Shown piece by piece: positions 1-11,800 of a DNA stretch of 56,036 bases. Positions within the stretch are counted from its first letter, which is position 1, and every line of letters begins with the position of its first letter. Source of the stretch: Girardia tigrina. Taxonomy: Eukaryota. The notes beneath the pieces were generated by a model. It had not been told where the DNA came from. It did not search any database and worked only from the letters and a program-made list of their open reading frames with translations. Where the stretch lies: assembly GCA_001938485.1 (NCBI GenBank), contig MQRK01193787.1, positions 1 through 56,036 on the forward strand. Direction: 5' to 3'. A program made the position numbers and the translations under genes.

Positions 1-194
1 AATTCTTTTGCGGTGTTGAGCACGGATGGATCCGTCAAGCTTTTGTAGCGGATTTTGTCAAGCGCATCGCTGGAATTGGAGATCAATTCCCGAAGAAAAA
101 TCTCTTTGTTCGAGTAGAATGTGTTGATGATTAGACTCATCAACTGGGTGATTTCGACCTGAAAGGCGAATGTTTCGGTTTCACAGTCGGTCAT
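1..194 (-). pseudogene. HSP90: Hsp90 N-terminal coding fragment, running off the left edge; captured fragment or possibly a true gene start
   Basis: Reverse strand from ATG at 194 reads [64 protein letters not shown], the Hsp90 N-terminal signature. Normally conserved positions are altered by single transitions (FQAEIAQ to FQVEITQ, RYES to RYKS), suggesting decay. It is not in the ORF track. Confidence 0.93.
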
Positions 195-415
195 GATTAG
201 AATTTGAAAATTTTTGAAAATGATATTTCTATCTGTGGATTTCTTTAGCACCGATTTGCAGATTTCGATTTGATTCNNNNNNNNNNNNNNNNNNNNNNNN
301 NNNNNNNNNNNNNNNNNNNNNNNNNNCGGTCATGATTAGAATTTGAAAATTTTTGAAAATGATATTTCTATCTGTGGATTTCTTTAGCACCGATTTGCAG
401 ATTTCGATTTGATTC
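188..415. repeat. Exact 89-bp duplication on both sides of a 50-N gap (188-276 = 327-415); probable contig-overlap artefact
   Basis: The sequence immediately left and right of the N run is identical. Confidence 0.85.
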
Positions 416-537
416 AACTCTATGAGTTTAAGAGCAAGACTCAATACGGATTTTACTTCCTTTTCTAAACTCGAACTCGTTTTAATTATCAATCTCAAAT
501 TATTCCAATCATTTGCCGTGATCATCGTATAAATTAA
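370..537 (-). pseudogene. SMU1-like (CTLH region) coding fragment within the chimeric ORF
   Basis: MITANDWNNLRLIIKT...[23 protein letters not shown] resembles SMU1 DINSGHWDTVLQAIQS...[22 protein letters not shown] (recalled alignment). Confidence 0.5.
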
Positions 538-639
538 TATTTGTTTTTCCAATTCCCAATTATTAATGTAGCCCTTTTTAAATGGCATAAACAAAAACAG
601 ACTGGATAAATTATTACAGTCGTTTAATTCTGATCCGAT
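538..639 (-). pseudogene. ACTR6: Actin-related protein 6 (ARP6) coding fragment within the chimeric ORF
   Basis: IGSELNDCNNLSSLFLFMPFKKGYINNWELEKQI matches the ARP6 motif NQIDE..D.SGLFYILPFQKGYLVNWDVQRQVW. Confidence 0.75.
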
Positions 640-747
640 ATTTCGCGGATTTTCGAAATGATCGATAACTTTCTCATGATACAATCGTGTCATGAGATTC
701 GGAGAGCTTTTTATCAAACGAAACGATTTCGCAGTTATATTTTGCAT
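631..747 (-). pseudogene. ISCU: IscU Fe-S scaffold N-terminal fragment with mitochondrial presequence; start of the chimeric ORF
   Basis: A basic, Ser-rich leader is followed by RLYHEKVIDHFENPRNIGS, the IscU/NifU-N signature YHxxVxDHYENPRNVGS. It stops before the first conserved Cys. Confidence 0.9.
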
Positions 748-1281
748 ACTGTTTTTCTAAAATCAATTGGTTTTGATTTCTGTGCCAATTATTAATTCAA
801 AAAGGAAAAAATCTCGTCAAATTCTAAAAATTTTATTTGGTTTGAAAAAATTGTGAATTACTCACACCATTTACAAATCAACCAAACACACACACACACG
901 CATAAATTCCTCACCCGCTCGTCATTGGGCAAACATATACACACATATCCACATTTTTCAAATCACAACTCATTTCACAACTCACACACAAACAGAGTGA
1001 GAAAGATAAATCAACTTCAATGCGCCTTGCATACAAAGAAATCGACGATGATCGTAAAAAAAAACAAATGAGGCTCACAATGCCCTTGTTTAAATAATAC
1101 ATTTTCCATAAAGCGTCACAATTTGGTATTTAATTGGACGAGTTTCAATTGACGATTTTCTGTGTCGATTGAATGGAAAATATGTGAGTTTAAAAATCCC
1201 ATTGAATAACAAACAAACAATTATCGATTTTCAATATCTGTCTTGAAGTTTCTTTCGAGTATTTTCTACAACCATCAAAAC

Positions 1282-1470
1282 ATGAAAAAATCGACCAATT
1301 TCTTTGAGAATAAATCGATTTCCTGCCTCATAATTGTGTTAGCGCTCATTGACACTCATTCGTGCATATCTATCGGCCAGAAAATCTTTCTCGAAACGAA
1401 AACGGATTCATATTTGATTTAACTATATACATCATCACTAAACCATATGAACGTGATGATTTCATATTTA
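1282..1470 (+). pseudogene. Frameshifted 5' fragment of a secreted protein, possibly GH31 alpha-glucosidase-like
   Basis: MKKSTNFFENKSISCLIIVLALIDTHSCI looks like a signal peptide. A shifted frame then reads YRPENLSRNENGFIFDLT..KPYERDD, reminiscent of YKLENLSSSEMGYTATLT in lysosomal alpha-glucosidase. Confidence 0.3.
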
Positions 1471-1643
1471 CTTATTTATATATATTTATATATTTAATTT
1501 AATTTAATTAATTTAATTTTTTCTTAATGATTTTATTTAAAGTATTAATTTATTTTAATTATTTAATTTAATTTTAATTAGTTCAATTAATTATTTTAAT
1601 TAAATTATTTTATTTTTAACAAATGGGTTCAAAAATGAGTTAA

Positions 1644-2108
1644 AACGGAATCGCAACGCGACCAACACATATTAAACAATCTGCTGATGAACCATTCCAA
1701 AAAATATATATGGATTTCTGCGAACATTTTAAAAGAAATATTAATGGATCTCAATACATACTAGCGATAATCGATCAATTTAGCAGATACATCAGTTTGA
1801 ACGCAGTAGCTCATCAAGACGAGAAAACCGTGCGAAAGGTATTACTAGACAAATGGATTTTGAAATACGGACCACCAAAAGAAATCCATGCCGATAGAGG
1901 AAAAACATTCGAATCAGCCTTTTTTAAAGAAACAGCAAATAAATTTAAAGCTGAGATAGTATATTCCAGTCCTTACCACCACAATACCAATGGGATTGTT
2001 GAGAGACAATTCAGAACAATTAGGGATGCCATGAATATACGGATGAAAGACGAGGTCCACAAAGATTGGACGGAAATGAATTTTAAAGAAAATTCTATAA
2101 AACATTGA
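1644..2108 (+). mobile_element. Ty3/Gypsy-type (rve) integrase core remnant
   Basis: EPFQKIYMDFC...YILAIIDQFSRY...KYGPPKEIHADRG...SSPYHHNTNGIVER gives a D,D(35)E-type core. It is truncated on both sides with no RT or LTR seen. Confidence 0.9.
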
Positions 2109-4036
2109 AATGTTAATCTATAAAATTAATGTAATCAGAAAACAATAAATTAAATTTTTAAAATAACGTTTTTAATTTTAATTAATTCAATTTTTATCTG
2201 TATTTATTGTCGGGGTTCTTTTTGGTGATCTTTAAATTTTTGATATTTTTAAATTTTCGATATTTTTAAAAAATCATATTTATATTTTAAATAAATCAAA
2301 AATAATATTAAAAATTTTATTANNNNNNNNNNNNNNNNNNNNNNNNNNNNNNNNNNNNNNNNNNNNNNNNNNTAATAAATTTAAATAGTGATTAATATTT
2401 GTGTATTTTAAAAAATCGTGATTTATATTCAAAAATAAAATAATATTTGCTGTATTTCAAATTTGTGAATTGTATCTTAAAGTTGTAAATTTTTTTTGCA
2501 AATTTTTGTTAAAAAGAAATAAAACTTTTTATTAAAGAGAAATAATTTATAGTTTAAATTATTAATAATCACTATGTTTAAATTGAATTTTCAAAATATT
2601 TTTAAAGATCTAAATTTATAAAAAATTGAATAAAATAACATATTTATTTATTTATCGATATTATTATGTATATTTAGAATTTTTAGATCTGGATTATGAA
2701 ATTGAAATAGTTCCTCATAAATTTGTTTCAATAATGAAAATTGCAGTAGAAATAAAAGTTTGCAAATTATGAATTCTGATTTCAATCACGAACCTAATAT
2801 TTATAATCCAGTATTTTTATGTATAATTAATCTTGACAAAAAAAGCGAAAGAAAAGTTCCACCACAAAATTGTTTGAATAATTGTTATTTGTGATAGAAA
2901 TAAAGTTTTGAAGTTTAAATATCTCTATAGTTTTTTTACTATTAATATTTCTATTTTAGTCTCACGACTTATTGGTGCATCACGTTTTTATATTTAAATA
3001 TAAAAAAATAAATCTTTCTTTGTCTTCCAAAAACGCTACAAATTAATCACAACACCTGATATATTTAATAAAAAAATTTACAAAGATCGAAAATATTTTA
3101 CAAGACTATAAAAAATTGAATTAATAGAATATCAAGATGGACTAGATGATTATTACATTCGTTTGATTTTTTTTGTAACAAAGACTTTATGCAATTAACA
3201 AGATATATAGAAGCATATTACGAGTCAGAAGTCCCATTAAAAAGCCTTGTCTTATTCCCCTCTTCATTTGGAAATCCCTTTGTCCTATGGAAGCAAGACT
3301 TAAACATTTTGTTATGAAACCTTAACTATTTATTCTGTTTCCAAACTCTGTCCTGCTATATGCTAATCAAATTTTATGTTTCAGGTCCTCTTTTTGATTA
3401 TTAAAAACAATCATATTGGTACTTGGTTACTGTAGTTATTAAATTTTTTTAAACAAACTTCATCATTAGACTTTTCAGAAGTAAAAATCGCTAGGATGGT
3501 ATGTTACTGGAAATATGATAAGTAAAATTCGTGTTAATTTCATTCTATTTAGGAGACTCTCGGTCTGATCATTTGATACATGTCATGATATTTGTAAATG
3601 AGTGCTTTAATGAGTGGTCTAAGTTCTTGAAACTATGACATCTCAATTACAAATATTGTATGTTTTTAGTTCACAGATATTTTTTTCTTCGACGAATGTC
3701 ACCAACGGTTAATAAATACGTAATAGAGCATCTTTCCAAAGAGACAATTCTTTACTCATTGAAAGATTGCTCCAAAATATAGAATTAACAAGTAAAATTT
3801 TCCAAAAAAGGATATGTTAGAATTAAATGGAGTAAAATTAAAAATTATTTTAAAACACTTTTGTATATTATTTTTCCGTAAATGTAAGTTAAAAATGCTA
3901 GTGATTTACAAGTTCTGTATACGAAGCACAATTACACAATTCTTTTAAAGAAAATAATTATATTTAAATAAAATTAAAAAAATACTTTTTCATTACTCCT
4001 TCATTTTCTTCGATTGTTCTTATTTAATTCCTTTAA

Positions 4037-4250
4037 CCCTTTCCAACCCAAATTATTATTTTTGAATGTTGATTTAAATTGCTAAGAAACCAGTGAGAAT
4101 CGCGCTTTTTGGCATTCTAATATATGTTGTGTCATCTATTAGACTTTTTAGAAACTATTACTAAGTGTAAAATTTAAATTTGGTAAAAGAGATAACTGTA
4201 ATTTAATTTTTCAAATATGTTGCCATAAGGCAACAATGGGCTGGAAAGGG
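4037..4250. mobile_element. piggyBac-like MITE
   Basis: TTAA|CCCTTTCCAACCCA ... TGGGCTGGAAAGGG|CTAA: terminal inverted repeats with a TTAA-like target site. Confidence 0.65.
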
Positions 4251-5374
4251 CTAATTTTTTCTGATTTTTTTTCTAATTTTATTTGTAATTTTTTTTCTAA
4301 TTGAAAAACATTTGTTAAGTAGTTTGAATAAGTATGCGAAATTTTAGCTCACTAGCATAATTGGAAGTTGGTTAAATTGAGAGTTAAAGTTTTGTTCTAC
4401 TCAGATTGAATAACAGAGAGACAGTCGAAGAGTGTAGGGTGAAAAAAAGAAGGTCAACAAACACAATTTAAAAACTATGAAATCCTTATTTAATGGATTC
4501 AAAAGTTCGATAGATATTGAAAATTCGAAATCGATATTCCCAAAAACAATTGTAAAAAAAGTAGTGAGCTTCATGAGAATAGCAATTCGGTGAAGATAAA
4601 TAATTTATTTATCCAAGAAAATTGTTTATTTAAAAAATATCGGAACATTTCCCGTGACAATTCCGTGTCCCCAGCGTGTCGTATTGTATGCGAAATTAAA
4701 AAAAAATGATATCTAAAAATATTTGCTCATTATTAATAATTTTTTATTATATATTTTAGTATCCATGTCGGTTTTTTCTGTGTGTATGGGATAATTTTAC
4801 CAAAAGAATAAAAAAAAATTGTTGAAAAAACAAATTGAATTTTATTTCCCCGAAAACAAATCCATGGTAAATGTTGACATTAGCTTTTATTTTTGTGATA
4901 AGGAAAGTTCGATCTTGTCCCGGCTATCCAATCTCCCGTTTTATCATGAATAATAAAACTATTTTTTCGGCTAGCCTTTGAATCATTTATCTTCCCTCAT
5001 TTCCAGGCACGGTTTTTTTTCTGTTCCCCTAATTATAAATTTCGAAACCCGAAAACAATTTCCCCATTCGATTCTTTTCCCAAACAACAAAAATCCTCAT
5101 TTTATCTCCCACCCCCCTCAAAACTAAAAGAAATAGGTAAATGTAAAAAACGTATTTCCGATTTACTTTATCGATTTTAATGATCCGATCAATGGTCTTG
5201 ACTGGGTCAGAACAAACACCTACGTGTTTGGTTGGGTTATTTCGCATATCAATCGGGAATAGAAGTGAAATGCACAGACAAAGTGTGCTATTTTAACCCA
5301 GCATTTGCCATGCACTCTTATTATTATTAAGCCAAGTAACAGACGATGTTGCTTTTCTTTCATGTTTTCTGCTT

Positions 5375-5384
5375 CCAATATAGG
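5375..5384. promoter_or_regulatory. Perfect CArG box (SRF site) upstream of a muscle gene
   Basis: CCAATATAGG fits CC(A/T)6GG and lies about 470 bp upstream of the twitchin ATG in a CpG-richer region. Confidence 0.4.
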
Positions 5385-5745
5385 GAAATATTCCTCGATC
5401 AATTTTTGTCGATGCTACAGTAAAGGAAAGTTCAAAAATCAGACGCGAACATCTTTGCTGCGAATCAGTCGGCACAGTGTGCCACAGCGATGTGCACTAA
5501 AATTGCACATCTTTCGCCCATTTCAAAAGTGTGTCTGTTTATGAAAACCAACGAAATCTACGTACACATATATACATATACATCCCTATATATACATATC
5601 TATATAAACAGAAAACAATCAAATTCAATTTTACTTATCCTCATTTGATTCTTGTGATATTTCTGAACGTAAAATATTTCGAATTCATTTTGAAAAAAAA
5701 AACAAAATAAAAAATTATATAACAAAACAAAAACCGGTTTGAGAC

Positions 5746-5777
5746 TTTTCTTCCAATTCTTCTCTTCTCTCTCTCAG
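5746..5777 (+). promoter_or_regulatory. Strong splice acceptor in the 5' UTR (5'-UTR intron or trans-splice site)
   Basis: A long pyrimidine tract ttttcttccaattcttctcttctctctctcag ends 70 nt before the ATG. A candidate donor AG|GTAAAT is at 5136/5137. Confidence 0.45.
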
Positions 5778-5846
5778 GATTCGGAATAATTTCGTATTTA
5801 AAAAAAAGCCTAAAGATTTTTTTTTAAAGAGAAAAATAAACAAAAA

Positions 5847-8800
5847 ATGCCAGGTGATTGTTGATTTTTATTTATTTTTTTTTAATATTTATTTTGATAA
5901 AAATAAAAAAAATTTAATTTATTTTATTATTATTATTATTATTATTATTTTGGTATTTTTTTCTAGGAATAATTCCAAAATTTCCTGAAAAACCGAAAAT
6001 CCGACAAGCAGGAAAAAATATCATCTTTGAAATTCTATTGTCGAGTGATCCGGTCTCAGAAATCGCATGGTTCAAGGGTACGACCCCTATAGCTAATGGC
6101 GGAAGATATAAGATTACAAATACGAATAAAAAACCCACGGAGAATCTATTAACCATGGAAATTGTCGGTGTTGCCGCGAATGATAGTGGAGAATACAAGG
6201 TGCTTGCGAAAAACGAAATCGGTGAAACCCAAGCGACTATCAATTTAAATATTGCCAACCCGGTCAAAATGTATTTTTCAAATTTGAACTTTAATATTAT
6301 TTTAAACGAATAACTTTCAGAATTCAAGGAGTACCACCAAAATTTCTCGAGGTGCCCCAAATAAAACACCAAAACAACGGGATCCTAATCACGTGCATTC
6401 TCGAAGGTACTCCCAAACCGACCATTGAGTATTTCTTCAACGATCAACCTCTCCGTGCGGATGCCACAAGAAAAATCGTCGTCACTCCTCAAGTAAAAGA
6501 CAAATATGAAATCAAAATAGAAATCTTATCAACAAAACCGGAATTCGGGGGAATGTATAAAGTGACTGCAAAAAACCAATATGGCGAAAGCAAAGCGAGT
6601 ATTAACATCAATTTACAAGGTGAATTTAGTTATTTAAATTCATGATTTTTTTTATGATTTATCGTTTTAATTTAAATTAGTTAATTAATAAATTTTAATT
6701 AAATTTAATATAAATCAATATAAAAATGTGATAAATTATTTTGAAGGAATATTCTTTTGCTAATTTTGCTGTCCATTTGTAATGACGACACACAAACACA
6801 AATACGGTTTGAGTGTGCTTAGATGTTTACTTTAGTCGATTACGGTATTATGTAATATTCGTCAGTACGTGAGGCGACAGGCATGCATGCCCCCATAACG
6901 AGACCGAGTGACATCAGGAATCTCGAGTTATAATACACCTGGTTGCATTCCTTGGTTCATGTTGTCATGTTGTCAATGTACTGGATTTCACATTTCCCAC
7001 ACGCATCTATACACACATCGCGAGAAATACGCACACACGTCGAGAGAAATACGCACACACGTTCACTCACTTAAGAACGAATAGTTTTATTAACGATAAT
7101 TATACGATAATTATTGATTTTCAATCAGAATGTTGAGTATTGTATAAAAATTATATTTCCTATATTAATAAATATAATTAATAATTAAATATCCTATAAA
7201 AATAATACGTGAAATACAGTTCGTGTCTTGTTTCCTTTTTTTAATTTTTTCAAACAAAAAAAATGTCTTTTCCCGTCAGAAAGTATTAGGGGCAATTGGG
7301 AAAATCACTAAAAATAACTTGAAACAAACAATTTTCCCTTCGTTTTTAATCAATTAAGTTGTCATAAAATTCCTGTTTATGGTTCTTGATGGGATGCAAT
7401 AAATACATTGAACTAGAAAGAGATAAATGTTTGCTGGCGACAATTTACCGCGCAGACCGAGAGACGAGAACAAGAATTAATTTGTTATCGGTTTTTGAGG
7501 AACGAAAATAATACAAAAATGGAATAATCATTATCCAGTCGTGAAATTCGGGCAGTTTCATTACAACCTTTTATTATGTATGGTTTTCCTTGTATCATGT
7601 ATATAAAATAATTGTAAGGTAATCATCGTAACTAAACTGTGCCATCTGAGCATTTTTACAATTTATATTTATAAAAAAAAGATACATATGTAAATATAAA
7701 AAATAGGGTTTAAATATTCTGGAACGATATCAACATCAGACGAATTCTTTCTTATTCTTTCTCTTGAATTGTTAAATTTTTCGATATGGGCGAAGAATAT
7801 TCCAGTCTGGGAAGTAATTAAAAAAAACGAGTTATTTTATCAATAAATTCTTGTTTTGTGGATGTGATGTCCTGTTGAGAATATTTCTCGGTCCAATGAA
7901 TCATAGACTCTGAACAAAGGTTTTGAAACCGAAGTGAGTACCATCATTTGTCACCATTGGCACTCGCCTGCTATAAAATCCGACTAACCAGAGAATAAAT
8001 AATTAAAATTAACTCTAAGTTTCAAATAAGTAACCTATTTGGATAGTAGCATTGCTTTACTGTTGTGGATTGCTATCCCCACTTACTATTTCGAAAGTAG
8101 ATGGCAAAAGAAAAAGGTTTGAGACGGATTCTTATACAATCTAGTTTCCCAAGGCCACTACATGGAAGTATATTTGACTGAATAACACAGAAATTCTGTG
8201 TTCATGTAAACAATACTATGGGCCTCCCATCTCTTTCAATGGTATTGAGCCTAAGGCTCTTTATAGGGTCCACCCAAACTAAAGTCCTTAAGGGCCCCCC
8301 GATAGGCCTCCTACGGGGTCAGTGTCCTTCTGCCTGCGAGCGACCGGTTTTCCAGTTGCAAAAGACCAGCCATGGAATTTGGTGCCATGGCCATACATAC
8401 CTTTGGCGGTTACGGTGGACGCGTAACATCCTCTGAATGGGCACTGGAAAAACAATACTATACCCCATATTTCACTCTTCGATTTACCTTTGTAAATAAA
8501 ATACATTTTTAATACACCTTTTTACACTCTTTTTTGAAAGAATTAGTATCTTAAATTAAATATTGTATTGACAAATTTTGAAAAAAAGCCCATATTGAAA
8601 GGGTTTAATCGTTTTCTCTCTTTATTGGTCCCACATTTCATATTCAATGCAGAAAAAATATTATCAAAATGGTAAAATATAGAAATTATAGTTTAAAATC
8701 ACTCTTAGGAAAGAAGCACGGATAATCTGCTGATCTTGTAACTAAAACAAGACAAATATTTTCTATAAAATATTTCTTCTTATCACTCTCATCAATATCG

Positions 8801-11800
8801 GTATCGGATGATCAGGAAACAGAAGATCTTTCCTCTACATCTCTTTGCTGCCATGTGTTTCGAATGCTGATAATCTATCAGGACAAAATTCATGTGTATC
8901 TATGGTGTCAAAAAATCAGCCAAATCGATTGACGTTGGATAAATAATTTATTTAGATCATTTGACATGTTTCTAAATTTTCTTTTATCATTTTTAGCAAT
9001 TATAAATTCACAAAATTTATTCAAAAATAATAAATAGCAGGAAATAATGTCAAAAATTTAGATGGCCTCACTTTACCAATTTTGAATATTAATTACTAGG
9101 TTGTATTGTCTGATCAATAATGATTCGCCGAACTGCCACTAGTAATGGGAACCGACACTTAAATAGAATGGAAAATTCTTTTCATACAACATAAACAGTG
9201 GTCACTTCGAAATTGCGAATTCTCAACGATGTGACTCAACCAAATTACAACTTTTGATATCCCTTATTGTTGCTGTTATTATTCAATAATATTTAATTTT
9301 AATAAAAGTTTTTTTTAATTGTTTCTTCTTATTAACCCTAATGGGGCCGAAACTATTTCCTTTAGAAAAAATGAATTTTTGACATTAATTCTGGTTGATT
9401 ATATCAAAATAACTTGTTCTACATTAAAAAATATTTTTTGTTTCATACGGTCTCATGACTCATGACTCATATATACAAAGACTATTGTACCTAATGCCGC
9501 CTGTTGCTGAGTCGTCAAATTGATGTAAAAAATTATATTTGAGCAGTGTTCTTTTAAAAGGACGGTGGCCCCATTCGGGTTAAATATATATTTTTAGATG
9601 TATATTTACTGATGATGATTGAATAATGTAATTTAATTTTATTTTCATGAAATATATAACTAAAATAAGTTTCCAAAAAATCTTAAAATGTATAACAATA
9701 TGATCAATAAAACGAATAATAAAACATTTTGCAATGATTGTGGTTTAATAAATTTAAAATGTTTAAACGATCGAAGAAGCGGTTCTCAACTCTTTCTGTG
9801 GTGATTCATTTTACCATTTTGTTAGGACTTAGTGACCAAAAAAGAAAATCAATACTACTAAAAATATATAAAAATTATTCTAATACAATTTAATGAAATT
9901 GCTGATTCTGCTTTGCTTTTACAAACTCAACAATTTGTGGGAGTGTTGGGGATAATATACGTCACAAATCGTCTTCTCCATCAATAAAGTTGAAGCACAA
10001 AAATTATAATAAATCAAAAAAATTTATATAATAATCAAAGTAATTATGAAAAAAAATATTTTTCTCATTGTGATTTGACATTATCATAGAACATGACTTT
10101 TTCTTATGTAGGCCTCCTTTCCTCAATGGAAGTACATTATTGCTCTAGCGGCACTTACCCGGGCTAATAGCTCATAGAATTTATGAGGAGCTGAGTCGCT
10201 GTATCATTGTCCAAGCACTTACGTGCAAGTCCTCAACAGATAACAGACCCTGCCATTACACGTTTCCATAGTTCGGTTAGAAAGCATTGTCTTTACAGTG
10301 GTAGATTACAAGCCCTAGCCCACTATATTAAGCTTGTCAGCAACTCCAACCAGGCAAGCTTACGGACACTTTAGCCTAGAGAAGAGAGCTCTAGTTTCCA
10401 AGGGACATCGTGTGGAGGTGTGTCCGACTGTCTTAACTACTTAAAAAATTCTTAACAACCAAGAGTTAAAAATCTTGCCTTAGGGTAATGACCAAATGTT
10501 ACAGAAACCACTGGAAAGAAAGTATGTTGAAGTGCTAGAGAAAACAAATGATAACCCTTAACACCGATCAACATTATGATTCACCGATGAAGCAATGTTT
10601 TTGGGGTTTCCATTTAAATAAAATGATCATATTTACTAATAAATGAGTGTAAAAATAAAGAATTTCTCAGACGTGAGATAACTTATATCTATCACTTTTT
10701 ATTGTTACTGTTCTTTATTAGCGTGGATAAACGAGATTGGAATATATAAAAGAATATTCCCATGATAAAGAAGTAAGGAAAAAAAGAATACATACGAGTT
10801 TATTATTAGAGTAAAATGTCCCTTACACGACAGCATGATAAGGCAAACGAATTTGCATTTCCTTTTAAATTCTATTTGAAACTATTTTTTAATATTATAA
10901 TAATTTCGATGAAACATACCAAATTATATTATCTCTTAGCTGCAGAAACAGTAACCGATGCTGATTCCAAATCCAAGGCAACTCCACCTGTAGTTGTTGG
11001 AGAACCAGTTATTAAACAAGAAGATGGTGGAAGACGGGCAATAATCGAAATAAAAGTAGAGTCTTCTGCAAAGCCAGATGCAACTTGGTTGTTCTCTAAA
11101 AAGCCAATTAAGTCTAGTGGACGTTATTTTATCGACATCGTTAAACAAGACAACTATTATATTATGATTTTGGAAATAGATGATGTAAATTAATTATTAT
11201 AATTACTTTACATTGATGTTATTCCTAAACTTTAGGTAACGGAAAAGGATAACGGTAACTATCAATGTGATATCAAATCTGAAGGTGGTTCCACTTCTTC
11301 GAATGTAAATTTAAATCTAAGTGGTGAGTGAAGTTTTTGTAACATTTCCAAACACTTTCTTAACCTTTCTTTCATTTACTTTATTCTTTCTGTAGCTCCA
11401 ATAAAAAAAGGAGAACCTCCAACTTTTACTATAAAACTAGAACCATGTGAAGTGATGGATGGGGAAGAAGTGGAATTTACAGCAAAACTGAATGGCACCG
11501 AACCATTTTCAATTAAATGGTATCGAGAAGGAAAGATTCTTCAGAATACATCTGAATTCGAACAAACTTATGTCGGTGGAATTGCTAGACTAGTTATTGC
11601 TGAGGTTTTCCCCGATGATTCTGGTAAATACACAATAGAAGTGAAAAATGATTGGGGTCAAGATTCATCATCAGCTCAATTGACTGTTAAAGGTAAACTT
11701 ACAATGAAATTAGAAGAAATAATATTGTTTAAATATTTTTAGAAGAGAACGCTACTAAGAAACCTCAAGAGACAAACGAAATAAAACCAACACCCAAAGT

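Noticed and set aside
229-276. C-terminus [15 protein letters not shown] of ORF 229-747
   Set aside because: It arises from reading through an arbitrary 50-N gap into a duplicated overlap in a shifted frame.
229-747. Annotation as a functional IscU gene
   Set aside because: Only 39 residues match IscU and no Fe-S cysteines follow. No usable donor or downstream IscU exon was seen.
5029-5544. Short overlapping ORFs upstream of twitchin
   Set aside because: They have no recognisable motifs, and the region looks like promoter or 5'-UTR intron.
8211-8290. Possible HDV-like ribozyme fold
   Set aside because: The apparent P1 strand lies in the target-site duplication and P2 pairing is poor.
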